A model generated the notes under the pieces. The model was not told where the DNA came from and ran no database searches. It saw nothing but the letters and a program-made list of their open reading frames with translations. From the NCBI GenBank assembly GCA_017410265.1, contig JAFQRC010000010.1, positions 27,679-91,678 on the forward strand: DNA of 64,000 bases, given 5' to 3'. The position numbers and the translations under genes were made by a program. Numbering within the stretch: the first letter of the stretch is position 1; the number at the start of each line of letters is the position of its first letter. Positions 1 to 8,321 of the stretch are shown piece by piece. This DNA comes from Ruminococcus sp. Its GTDB lineage: Bacteria > Bacillota > Clostridia > Oscillospirales > Acutalibacteraceae.

Positions 1-382
1 TGCTCAGAACACTGCCCACAAGCATCATACAAAGCAAAATAACATTGGCAACAATATTCACAGGAAAGTCGCGCTTTAGAATAGTTTTATCGAGCTCAAA
101 CGGCTTTATAGCCGCGCACACTCCGACTACCACCAGCATATTGAAAATATTAGAGCCGACAACATTACTCACAGCGATTTCATTACTGCCGGCGATTCCT
201 GCTGTGATGCTGACAGCCGCCTCAGGAGCACTCGTTCCCATCGCAACAATTGTCAGTCCGATTACAACTGACGGAACTTTCAGCAGCTTTGCGACCGACG
301 AGCTTCCGTCAACGAAGAAATCCGCTCCCTTGATAAGTAAAACAAAACCTAAAAGCAACAGCAAAAAATTAACTACAATCAT
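1..382 (-). CDS. Ca2+/Na+ (CaCA, YrbG-like) cation antiporter, 5' part; runs off the window edge
   Basis: Not in the ORF track. Manual minus-strand translation from ATG at 382 (RBS GGAG) gives MIVVNFLLLLLGFVLLIKGADFFVDGSSSVAKLLKVPSVVIGLTIVAMGTSAPE...GSNIFN, including the alpha-1 repeat G(T/S)SAPE. Confidence 0.9.
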   Translation of the reverse strand, partial: MIVVNFLLLLLGFVLLIKGADFFVDGSSSVAKLLKVPSVVIGLTIVAMGTSAPEAAVSITAGIAGSNEIAVSNVVGSNIFNMLVVVGVCAAIKPFELDKTILKRDFPVNIVANVILLCMMLVGSVLS

Positions 383-454
383 AATAATCTCCAAATTTAG
401 TTTTCCCTCAATTCCGGGCGCAATACAAATAGACGCATTTTGAGTTTGAAAAGT

Positions 455-660
455 TCAAACGCTCATCTCATAAACTATCACGCCTCGCTCGTTCTCTCTT
501 CTATTTCAAATTTGAAAGCTGTGAGCCTCAGCGCAATTAGGGGACCCCGAAATCTGCGATTTTGGGGAGAGGACGAACGGCGACACGAGAACGCAAAGAA
601 CTCTTTCTTTGCATCGAGTACAGCCCGTGAGGACGATATCACGCCTCGTTGCTCAGCGCA
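455..660. repeat. Dispersed non-coding repeat element in the antiporter 5' UTR
   Basis: 635-659 GATATCACGCCTCGTTGCTCAGCGC matches 30000-30024 at 22/25; the TTTCAAATTT motif is shared with 1345-1545; several internal hairpins. Confidence 0.5.
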
Positions 661-661
661 C

Positions 662-699
662 AAAAAAAGACTTCTACTGCGCTAATCGCAGCAAAAGTC
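662..699 (-). terminator. Intrinsic terminator (riboswitch expression platform)
   Basis: Minus strand GACTTTTGCTGCG-ATTAG-CGCAGTAGAAGTC-TTTTTT; the 5' arm overlaps the 3' strand of aptamer P1. Confidence 0.85.
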
Positions 700-790
700 T
701 CGTCTCAAAACAAATGTTTCGGGTATGATCCGGTATTTCTACGAGATGACGAACCAAACCGCAGTAAAAACTGCTTCCTACTCCCTTTTA
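692..790 (-). ncRNA. yybP-ykoY (Mn2+-sensing) riboswitch aptamer
   Basis: Minus strand AAAAGGGAGTAG...GCAGT-TTTT-ACTGC...TCGTCATCTCG...CCGG...CGAAAC-ATTT-GTTTTG...GACGAGACTTTTG carries the hallmark GGGAGUAG and CGAGAC segments closed by P1; it lies upstream of a CaCA antiporter, a known context for this class. Confidence 0.85.
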
Positions 791-799
791 CTAAGCTCA

Positions 800-828
800 A
801 TTATATATTGAGCCACCAAAAAAGTCAA
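800..828 (-). promoter_or_regulatory. SigA promoter for riboswitch and antiporter
   Basis: TTGACT-17 bp-TATAAT on the minus strand, about 10 nt before the aptamer. Confidence 0.85.
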
Positions 829-837
829 TATAAAAAG

Positions 838-870
838 CAAAAACCTCCTGATTACTCAGGAGGCTTTTTT
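838..870 (-). terminator. Intrinsic terminator after the small ORF
   Basis: CCTCCTGA-TTAC-TCAGGAGG hairpin flanked by A and T tracts. Confidence 0.8.
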
Positions 871-1040
871 CATGCGATGCGGTCAAGATTCTCGTACTTG
901 CACCTGACCTTCAGAAAATCTCCCTCAACGATGATATCTACGGCAGATATCCTCTTCTCGGGATGAGCTTTTACAAGCTCGTTTACGTACATGTTTACTA
1001 TCGTGTCCGATACTTTTTCGCCCATAACATTGATACGCAC
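870..1040 (-). CDS. Small hypothetical protein (56 aa), below the ORF-track cutoff
   Basis: GTG start with AAGGAGG 7 nt upstream; MRINVMGEKVSDTIVNMYVNELVKAHPEKRISAVDIIVEGDFLKVRCKYENLDRIA; terminator directly after the stop. Confidence 0.7.
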   Translation of the reverse strand: MRINVMGEKVSDTIVNMYVNELVKAHPEKRISAVDIIVEGDFLKVRCKYENLDRIA

Positions 1041-1261
1041 AATATCATCCTCCTTCTTAAATCCTAAAATGTATATATAAATGAGTTGTCTTCAACTTAG
1101 TGTAATTAGAGTATAAAAATCAGATTTTTCAGGGATTATTCTCTCTCCCTCTATGCTTTAATTTTAGCAGAACGGTAGACAAAACTCCAGTTACACCTTT
1201 ATATATCCGACTTACATTTTCTTCATCGTTAATTCCCGTTAGGATAATAAAAAGTGCGCTT

Positions 1262-1317
1262 TGTAATAGTTAATTCTAATAACGGAAAAAAGATTTCAGT
1301 CTGTAATAGTTAATTCT
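1262..1317. repeat. Two perfect 16-bp direct repeats, 40-bp period
   Basis: TGTAATAGTTAATTCT at 1262-1277 and 1302-1317. Confidence 0.85.
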
Positions 1318-1332
1318 CAAAGCGAAATATTC

Positions 1333-1344
1333 GAACAGTTGTTC
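1333..1344. promoter_or_regulatory. Possible LexA/DinR SOS box
   Basis: GAAC-AGTT-GTTC fits the Gram-positive GAAC-N4-GTTC consensus; the motif is short and could be chance. Confidence 0.4.
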
Positions 1345-1545
1345 TATTTTAAGAGCCGAGCAATCGAGCCTTTCAAATTTCAAAGTGAGCGAGTCCTCGC
1401 GTTAAAAAATCAAGAATATGATTTATTTCTTGATTTTAGCAAGAGGTCGAGGAACAGTAGAAATTTGAAAGAGATGCGAGATTGAACGAGGCTTGATATT
1501 TTAAGAGCCGAGCAATCGAGCCTTTCAAATTTCAAAGTGAGCGAG
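1345..1545. repeat. Two perfect 49-bp direct repeats, 152-bp period; member of a dispersed repeat family
   Basis: TATTTTAAGAGCCGAGCAATCGAGCCTTTCAAATTTCAAAGTGAGCGAG at 1345-1393 and 1497-1545; its reverse complement resembles 29952-30015. Confidence 0.85.
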
Positions 1546-1636
1546 GTCATGTTACCTAATATAATCAACCTATATGTACCAATTGTAGGGCACAAAATCC
1601 TCCCCTGCAAATAAAAACTTTGAAAAACTTTCTCAT

Positions 1637-1660
1637 AAATTGCATAAAACTATGCAATTT
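1637..1660. promoter_or_regulatory. Perfect 10-4-10 palindrome, putative repressor operator of the replication-initiator gene
   Basis: AAATTGCATA-AAAC-TATGCAATTT, overlapping the -35 region of a TATAAG -10 at 1676-1681. Confidence 0.55.
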
Positions 1661-1720
1661 TTCTCGTTTTTTCGCTATAAGTGGAAGGGTATTTTTGCCC
1701 GAAACTGAAACTAAAAGGAA

Positions 1721-2422
1721 GTGTATATAGTGAAAAAAACATCTACCCCGTGCTATTTCCAGTGCTATCTCGACAACGAAACGCTTTTAAGTCACCTTGA
1801 TGACGAACAGGCGGGCGCACTGTGGAAGGCACTGTTTTCCTACGCAAACCGCAAGGAGGACCGCGAGTTTTCTGACCCGCTTGTAGCTATGCCATTTGAC
1901 GTGATGAAAGCTCAGATTGACAGAGATTTCGCAAAGTATCAGGAAAAGTGTGAGAAATACAGACAAAATGTAAAAAAGCGTTATCAGAAGAGTGACAGCG
2001 AATACGATTCTTTACCATCGTATACAAACGAATACGAAAGCTACCAAGAAGAAGAAAAAGAAGAAGAGAAAGAAGAAGAAAAAGAAAAAGACAATGAAAA
2101 AGAAGAAGAAAAAGAAAACGCATCTTCAGATTCTTTAAGAATAGATGCGATTGATAAACATAAGATTGAACTGATTGTTAATTCTTTGAACAATTCGGCT
2201 GGGGTTGATTTCAGCTGTGACGATATCTCTACTCAAAGGCTGATTGTAAAGAGGCTACATGACGGCTACAAGATAGCTGACTTTTTCAGCGTGATTAAAC
2301 ACAAATGCAGTGAGTGGGAGAGTGACAGCGAGAAACGCTCTCTGCTTTGCCCCAAGGAGCTTTTCTCTGATAAGTTTGAAATATACTTAGAGCAGGCTAA
2401 TAGCTCCTCTACGGCTAAATAA
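1721..2422 (+). CDS. Phage-type replication initiator-like protein (DUF6291-like N-terminus, acidic/lysine linker, conserved phage C-terminal domain)
   Basis: LSHLDDEQAGALWKALFSY N-terminus, EEEKEEEK linker, C-terminus IVNSLNNSAG...RLHDGYKIADFFSVIKHKCSEW...LCPKELFSDKFEIYLEQ (cf. LRPETLFGTKFESYLNQ). Start may be GTG at 1730. Confidence 0.7.
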   Translation: MYIVKKTSTPCYFQCYLDNETLLSHLDDEQAGALWKALFSYANRKEDREFSDPLVAMPFDVMKAQIDRDFAKYQEKCEKYRQNVKKRYQKSDSEYDSLPSYTNEYESYQEEEKEEEKEEEKEKDNEKEEEKENASSDSLRIDAIDKHKIELIVNSLNNSAGVDFSCDDISTQRLIVKRLHDGYKIADFFSVIKHKCSEWESDSEKRSLLCPKELFSDKFEIYLEQANSSSTAK

Positions 2423-2447
2423 CAGCAAAAGAGCACGCTCTTACTAA

Positions 2448-2483
2448 ACAAAAACAGCGTGTAGAAAAACCCACACGCCGTTT
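2448..2483. terminator. Bidirectional terminator; partial copy of the 88-bp module
   Basis: AAACAGCGTGT-AGAAAAACCC-ACACGCCGTTT, near-identical to the hairpins at ~3925 and ~5966. Confidence 0.8.
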
Positions 2484-2500
2484 AGTCGTTTTTGCTAACA

Positions 2501-3856
2501 TCAGAGCTTGTCGATTATCTTTGCGACAAAGCGCTGAAGTATAGTTGCATCTATTACGGTAACTTCACCGTCATTGTTTACATCAGCTGATTTCAGCTGA
2601 GTTTCTGAGAACTGTTCGCTCTTTGCGACAAGTCGCTGAATCAGAGTCGCGTCAACTACCGTTACTTGTGAGTCGCCGTTTACATCGCCCGCTACAAAAT
2701 CAGGGGTGACACCTTCCCAGCTTACGGTATTGTCATCTGAAAGCTTTGCTGTGTAGCCCAGATAAGTGTTGTTGACAAAGATTTCGTGATACTCTATCAG
2801 AATAGGAACCGGACCTGTATAGCCTTCACCGTAATCCTCGTGTGAGAGATATATGTAAAAAAGCACTCTGTATACTTCATCTTCTTCAGGTACAACATCA
2901 GTATCCGCTAAGTCAATATAATAAACTCCGTCGCCACTGTCTGTACAGTCTACTTTTCTGTTTACCGAATAACAGGTAACAAGGCTCTCAACATAGGTTA
3001 TTCTGTCAGCATATGACAGCTCTTTAGTATCTATGCAGATTTTGCTTTCGCTTTGTGACAGCTGTGGCAAAGACTCTACCTCAACAGCGTTGTCAGGCTC
3101 AGCCACATCTGCGCTTTCTGACTCTAAATCAGATTCGCTTGCGCGCCACTTGACGAAGGCGTCTGTTTCTTCGACAGCTGCTACGACTTCTTCTTTCTTT
3201 AGCTTAAGCGCATGACCGATATCATCAAAAAGCTTCTGGTCGTTTTTATTCGAGTATCTTCTCGCGTAATCGAGATAATCACAGAGAAAATCCCTGAACA
3301 TTTCATAAGCTGTTGTTGTGTACGGAATACAGGTGCCGACGACATTACCTGTAGTGGTTATACGCATTTCAGGACCGAACACCTCAGGGTCCTGATTCTT
3401 CCAGAATGTTTGTCTTGCTATTTTTGTGTCGTCCTCAGGATGCTCATAGTAGCCTTCCTTGCAGTAAGCTGTATCGCCGACTACAGAAGAATCAAACAAC
3501 AGTGTATATGTCTGTAGTCCGTTTTCATTTGCAAAAATAACCCCGTAGAGTTTGCCTTCTTCAAGTGTAATATACTTAGCGTCTAAATCGTATGTCCACA
3601 CACCGTCGCCGTCTTCATCGTTGCACTGCTCACTCCTTGACTGCCATGCATAAAAAGAGTCCCCGCCGTACTCCCAGATGTGACAGTAAACTTTCCTGAA
3701 ATTATTCCAGGACGCGGAATTTGCGTCGAAATGAAGTTCGTTTGCTGTAACTATCGGCTCGTCCTCAATCTCCTGTGCAGACTCAGCAGCTGAAGCTACC
3801 ATAACTGTGCCGAGCATCATTACGAGTGCCAGCAGTATTGAAATTATTCTTTTCAT
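2501..3856 (-). CDS. Secreted dockerin protein with N-terminal CBM26-like (Sas20 domain-1-like) starch-binding region
   Basis: Signal peptide; LHFDANSASWNNFRKVYCHIWEYGGDSFYAWQS...; C-terminal duplicated dockerin GDVNGDSQVTVVDATLIQR...ADVNNDGEVTVIDATILQR. Confidence 0.75.
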   Translation of the reverse strand: MKRIISILLALVMMLGTVMVASAAESAQEIEDEPIVTANELHFDANSASWNNFRKVYCHIWEYGGDSFYAWQSRSEQCNDEDGDGVWTYDLDAKYITLEEGKLYGVIFANENGLQTYTLLFDSSVVGDTAYCKEGYYEHPEDDTKIARQTFWKNQDPEVFGPEMRITTTGNVVGTCIPYTTTAYEMFRDFLCDYLDYARRYSNKNDQKLFDDIGHALKLKKEEVVAAVEETDAFVKWRASESDLESESADVAEPDNAVEVESLPQLSQSESKICIDTKELSYADRITYVESLVTCYSVNRKVDCTDSGDGVYYIDLADTDVVPEEDEVYRVLFYIYLSHEDYGEGYTGPVPILIEYHEIFVNNTYLGYTAKLSDDNTVSWEGVTPDFVAGDVNGDSQVTVVDATLIQRLVAKSEQFSETQLKSADVNNDGEVTVIDATILQRFVAKIIDKL

Positions 3857-3886
3857 AGTGTACCTCCGTATGAATTTATTACCAAT

Positions 3887-3974
3887 ATTATACTCCTATC
3901 GGTTTAGTTTTTCAACGAGTACAAAAAAACAGCGTGTAGAAAAACCCACACGCCGTTTGTGTAATATAACTATT
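3887..3974 (-). repeat. 88-bp terminator + promoter module, copy 1
   Basis: 85/88 identical to 5928-6015; contains a terminator hairpin and TTGAAA-17-TATAAT. Confidence 0.9.
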
Positions 3975-5896
3975 TATATTTGCTTTTTGCCGACCAGAAC
4001 CATCTGGATAAGTGAAGCATCCATTACGGAAACTTCGCCATCTAAGTCAGCGTCAGCAGCTTTGAGTGCGACTCCCTCGAGAGTCTTCTTGCCGACAAGA
4101 TACATCTGGATAAGAGAAGCATCGAGCACAGAAAGCTCACCATCTCCATCCGCGTCACCTATCAGATATTCAGGCTTTTCGTAGTAGAAGCTATTTAGAT
4201 ACATATCTTTATCAAAGCTCATATGTAGCTTTTGCTTTTCTACATACACATTCATCACATCGTCTGTGTATTCAACAGTGAATGACGGGTCAGGTGCTGA
4301 TGAGGTGATTCTTGAAATAGCCGTAGTATAAGTATCATTGTCAGCGTTGTAGCCTTCGCTGAGTGTAAGGTCAGGAATCACACCGTAAACATCATAGAAA
4401 GCTGACTTTATGCTCTCTCCTTTATACTGTGTTTCCTTTATCACAGCTTGATAATCATTCTGCAAACCCTTGGCATAAATAGCTATGCTTACTAAATCAT
4501 CGATGTTATCTTCTGTGATTTCACCGTCAAAATCTGAAGGACTGAGCACATTAATAGCTCTGTTAACCACTCTCACTCTTTGCTGTAAATCAAACCAAGG
4601 GCAGTTGCTGATAGTGTTAGACACAACATCTGCGCTACTGATATAAACCTCTTCGCCAAAATAGTTTCTGCATATTTGTACAAAGTACACTCCGTCATCG
4701 GTTTTAAGTAGCACATAGTAATGCACTATATAGTCGCTGTCAGTATAAGCTTCTCTGTAGGTATACGAAACAGCTTTTCGGGTTTTCTGCTGACCGTCGC
4801 TGTAGGTATCTGTAATAATAAGCTCATAGCCGTCGTTTTGTATTTCTCTTTGAGTTATGGTACGGGTGCTGTAAACAGAAGGAAACTCGATATCAAATCC
4901 CAGGATACTGCCGATATACGACTCTTTCTCAGCGAAAGGATTTTGTACTACCAGCTGTAAATCACAATCATATCTCTGCATATGGGTTGTGGCTAAGGCA
5001 ATCAGGGTATACCTGCAGTTTCCTATTGTCATATCTTCGTATGTGCCGTCAGAATAATCAACCCTCAGCACCGCTCCCTCTGGGTTAACCCACTGACCTT
5101 GTTCGTAGTGAGTTTTGTCAGGGTCTTTTATCAAGGTCACATTTTCTACAGGGCACTCCTCGATTGTAACAGGGACTTCTGTGGTCACTCCCATCAGCGC
5201 CACTGTTGTTGTATAGGTATTACCTGCTTCCCAATCGATATCAGACTGGTTGCTTCTGGTAGAAAAGTAGTACTTCTTTCCGTTATAAGAAACACTACTA
5301 CCCTTGCCAATAGTAGTTCTGCCGTCCTCCCAGGTGATAGCGTAGTCCACATAATCATAAAGCGGATAGTAACTTCCGGATTGGATGCTGTGGATTTTTT
5401 CTGTGAGAACAAATGGCTTGATTTCCATATTCTTTATCGGAGCTTTTACGATAGAAACAGGTATTTCTTCAGTTACCCCCAACAGCTGTGCTGTTATTGT
5501 GTAGGTATTTCCGACTGTCCACGGGTCACTGCTAGACTGATTTGTGTCTATATCGATACGATGGCTTTGACCGTCATACACAACATTTGCGTCACTGCCA
5601 CTTGTAACCGTGCCGTCACTCCAGGTGATAGTGTACTTAATCAAATTTTCAGGAAAATACCAATAATACTCATAGTACTCGCCTGTTTCCCAGTCGTTAC
5701 CGTTGTGAAATTCACTATTTGTTCCTTCGATGATGGTTATAGGCTCAAACTCGAGCTTTTCTATCGGACTTTCTGATTCGTTGAGCACAGCAATCTCAGT
5801 CTTTTCTTCCTCTGTGACAGAGTAAGCGCAGATAGAGCTCACCGAGCAAGACATGACTAAAATCAGTACAAGAAGTAAGCTGATAAGCTTTTTCAT
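3974..5896 (-). CDS. Secreted dockerin protein with tandem Ig-like repeats
   Basis: Signal peptide; two ~95-aa repeats (Y(T/A)ITWxDG...NQ...WxxGNTYTxT...GVTxExPVxI) plus a Big_3-like unit (PDKTHYEQG...VDYSDG); C-terminal dockerin GDADGDGELSVLDASLIQM. Confidence 0.8.
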   Translation of the reverse strand: MKKLISLLLVLILVMSCSVSSICAYSVTEEEKTEIAVLNESESPIEKLEFEPITIIEGTNSEFHNGNDWETGEYYEYYWYFPENLIKYTITWSDGTVTSGSDANVVYDGQSHRIDIDTNQSSSDPWTVGNTYTITAQLLGVTEEIPVSIVKAPIKNMEIKPFVLTEKIHSIQSGSYYPLYDYVDYAITWEDGRTTIGKGSSVSYNGKKYYFSTRSNQSDIDWEAGNTYTTTVALMGVTTEVPVTIEECPVENVTLIKDPDKTHYEQGQWVNPEGAVLRVDYSDGTYEDMTIGNCRYTLIALATTHMQRYDCDLQLVVQNPFAEKESYIGSILGFDIEFPSVYSTRTITQREIQNDGYELIITDTYSDGQQKTRKAVSYTYREAYTDSDYIVHYYVLLKTDDGVYFVQICRNYFGEEVYISSADVVSNTISNCPWFDLQQRVRVVNRAINVLSPSDFDGEITEDNIDDLVSIAIYAKGLQNDYQAVIKETQYKGESIKSAFYDVYGVIPDLTLSEGYNADNDTYTTAISRITSSAPDPSFTVEYTDDVMNVYVEKQKLHMSFDKDMYLNSFYYEKPEYLIGDADGDGELSVLDASLIQMYLVGKKTLEGVALKAADADLDGEVSVMDASLIQMVLVGKKQI

Positions 5897-5927
5897 AATA
5901 ACACCTCCGAGTGTTTTCGTACTTCTA

Positions 5928-6015
5928 ATTATACTCCTATCGGTTTAGTTTTTCAACGAGTACAAAAAAACAGCGTGTAGAAAAATCCACACGCTGTTTG
6001 TGTAATATTACTATT
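5928..6015 (-). repeat. 88-bp terminator + promoter module, copy 2
   Basis: 85/88 identical to 3887-3974. Confidence 0.9.
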
Positions 6016-6036
6016 GAGCTGTCAAAAAAATACCTA

Positions 6037-8136
6037 TCAGCCTAAGATTGAGAAGTTAACAACTAAAGCCGCGAATACGATAGATACCATAGAGAGCAGC
6101 TTGATGAGGATGTTGATAGCAGGGCCTGATGTATCCTTGAACGGGTCACCAACTGTGTCACCAACGACAGCAGCCTTGTGCTGGTCACTGCCCTTACCGC
6201 CGTGTACACCTGACTCGATGTACTTCTTTGCGTTATCCCAGGCACCGCCAGAGTTAGACATAAATACTGCGAGCAAGAAGCCTGTGACAGTAGCGCCTGC
6301 AAGCATACCAACTACGCCCTTAACGCCTAAGATAAGACCAACTACAACAGGTGTTACAACAGCAACGATAGTTGGAAGAATCATTTCCTTTAAGCTTGAC
6401 TTTGTGCACAGGTCAACGCATCTTGCGTAGTCTGCGTCAGCCTTGCCGTCGATAAGTCCTTTGATAGCCTTAAACTGGCGTCTTACTTCGATAACAACTG
6501 ACTGAGCAGCTCTGCCTACAGCGTCCATAGTAAGCGCTGCGAATACAAACGGTAAGCAAGCACCGATGAATAAACCAACGAGTACGAGTGGGTCCATAAC
6601 AGTGAATGTAGAGAAATCTACATCTGAGCCAACTTCCTGAGCCTTCTCGATGTAAGAAGCAACGAGTGCGAGCGCTGTGAGTGCAGCTGAACCGATAGCA
6701 AAGCCCTTACCTGTAGCGGCAGTTGTGTTGCCTAAAGAGTCAAGAGCGTCAGTACGCTGTCTTACTTCAGGCTCAAGACCTGACATCTCAGCGATACCGC
6801 CTGCGTTATCAGCAACAGGGCCGTAAGCATCAGTAGCTAAAGTGATACCGAGTGTTGAAAGCATACCAACAGCGGCAAGCGCGATACCGTAAAGACCGGC
6901 AGAAGCACCGCCTACTTCAGTTAAGTTGCCTGCTGATACAAAGTAAGCAACGAGTACACAAGCACCAACGATAACAATCGGAAGAATAGTTGAAAGCATA
7001 CCAAGACCTAAGCCACCGATGATAATAGTAGCAGAACCTGTTTCTGATTTAGAAGCGAGGTTTTTGGTAGGCTTGTACGAATCAGATGTAAAATACTCGG
7101 TTGAAAGACCAATAAGCACACCCGCTAAAAGTCCTGCGATGATAGCAAAGTAGAAGCCGAGGTTCTCTTTGCCTAAAACAAAGTAAATGATTGGGAAAGC
7201 TACTAGAGCAATTAAAACAGCGGAGAAATTAGTACCGCGTGAAAGTGACTTCAGTAGCATCTTCTGAGTAGCGTTTTCCTTAGTGCGTACTAAGAATGTA
7301 CCGAAAATTGAGCACAAAATACCAACAGCCGCGATGAGCATAGGAATAGCCATAGCCTTGATTTCGCCACCAAAAGCGGCAACACCGAGTGCTGAAGCTG
7401 AAATAACAGAGCCGACATATGACTCGTAAAGGTCAGCACCCATACCAGCTACGTCACCTACGTTATCGCCTACGTTATCAGCGATACAAGCAGGGTTACG
7501 CGGGTCGTCCTCAGGGATACCTGCTTCAACCTTACCAACAAGGTCAGCACCAACGTCAGCGGCTTTTGTGAAGATACCGCCACCAACTCTGGCAAACAGA
7601 GCCATTGATGAAGCACCCATACCGAAAGTAAGCATAGCTGAAGTGATTTCAGAAGCTGTACAGCCAAAAGCGTACTTTAGAAGTGCAAACCAGATAGAGA
7701 TGTCCAAAAGTCCTAAGCCTACTACGGTAAAGCCCATTACTGAACCTGCCGAGAAGGCAACTCTCAGACCCTTGTTAAGACCTGTTCTGCAGGCATTAGC
7801 AGTTCTTGCATTAGCGGCAGTAGCAATCTTCATGCCTACAAAGCCCGAAAGACCTGAGAACAGACCACCTGTGATGAACGCAAACGGAACATACCAAGTG
7901 AGCATAGAGAATGCTGCCATCACGCAGAGAATGATAAACATCGCACCGAAGAAAACAGAAACGATAGTGTACTGTCTTTTGAGGTACGCGTTAGCACCCT
8001 GACGGATAGAAGCGGAGATTTTCTTCATTTTTTCTGTGCCTTCGTCGAAGCCTAATACTCTCTTAGCCATAACAACAGCGAAGAGAATAGCCAACACCGC
8101 ACCGACAAAGGTGGCAATTACGAGATAATTTTCCAT
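6037..8136 (-). CDS. hppA: Membrane-bound ion-pumping pyrophosphatase, K+-dependent type (likely Na+-PPase)
   Basis: GGGIFTKAADVGADLVGKVEAGIPEDDPRNP, DNVGDNVGD, DAYGPVADNAGG and GDTVGDPFKD motifs; GNTTAA (Ala) marks the K+-dependent subfamily. Confidence 0.97.
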   Translation of the reverse strand: MENYLVIATFVGAVLAILFAVVMAKRVLGFDEGTEKMKKISASIRQGANAYLKRQYTIVSVFFGAMFIILCVMAAFSMLTWYVPFAFITGGLFSGLSGFVGMKIATAANARTANACRTGLNKGLRVAFSAGSVMGFTVVGLGLLDISIWFALLKYAFGCTASEITSAMLTFGMGASSMALFARVGGGIFTKAADVGADLVGKVEAGIPEDDPRNPACIADNVGDNVGDVAGMGADLYESYVGSVISASALGVAAFGGEIKAMAIPMLIAAVGILCSIFGTFLVRTKENATQKMLLKSLSRGTNFSAVLIALVAFPIIYFVLGKENLGFYFAIIAGLLAGVLIGLSTEYFTSDSYKPTKNLASKSETGSATIIIGGLGLGMLSTILPIVIVGACVLVAYFVSAGNLTEVGGASAGLYGIALAAVGMLSTLGITLATDAYGPVADNAGGIAEMSGLEPEVRQRTDALDSLGNTTAATGKGFAIGSAALTALALVASYIEKAQEVGSDVDFSTFTVMDPLVLVGLFIGACLPFVFAALTMDAVGRAAQSVVIEVRRQFKAIKGLIDGKADADYARCVDLCTKSSLKEMILPTIVAVVTPVVVGLILGVKGVVGMLAGATVTGFLLAVFMSNSGGAWDNAKKYIESGVHGGKGSDQHKAAVVGDTVGDPFKDTSGPAINILIKLLSMVSIVFAALVVNFSILG

Positions 8137-8172
8137 AAAAATGGCACTCCTCCTTATCGTAATATGAATAAA

Positions 8173-8201
8173 ATTTTACATCAACTGTTTTCCAAAGTCA
8201 A
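8173..8201 (-). promoter_or_regulatory. SigA promoter of hppA
   Basis: TTGACT-17-TAAAAT; a TTTTGCCATAAAT direct repeat lies upstream at 8223 and 8264. Confidence 0.7.
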
Positions 8202-8321
8202 TAAATAATTAACTTTTCGGCTTTTTGCCATAAATTTAACAATGTAAAGCGCTAATCTAGGGATTTTGCCATAAATAAGACAAAAAAAGAGAGGCTAAAG
8301 CCCCCCTTTTTCACTTCATTA

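Noticed and set aside
45-443. 132-aa plus-strand ORF in the track
   Set aside because: It is the antisense shadow of the minus-strand CaCA antiporter.
440-966. ORFs 440-685, 478-663 and 649-966
   Set aside because: They overlap the repeat element, riboswitch and terminators; no RBS or protein-like features.
1345-1545. 49-bp direct repeats as a mini-CRISPR or prophage att sites
   Set aside because: Only two units, a 103-bp spacer that is itself related to the repeat family, and no cas or integrase gene.
1100-2500. Intact prophage or ICE
   Set aside because: Only one phage-like gene; no integrase, structural, lysis or conjugation genes.
8243-8256. cre-like site TGTAAAGCGCTAAT upstream of hppA
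   Set aside because: One base out of register with the CcpA consensus and well upstream of the promoter; too weak to call.
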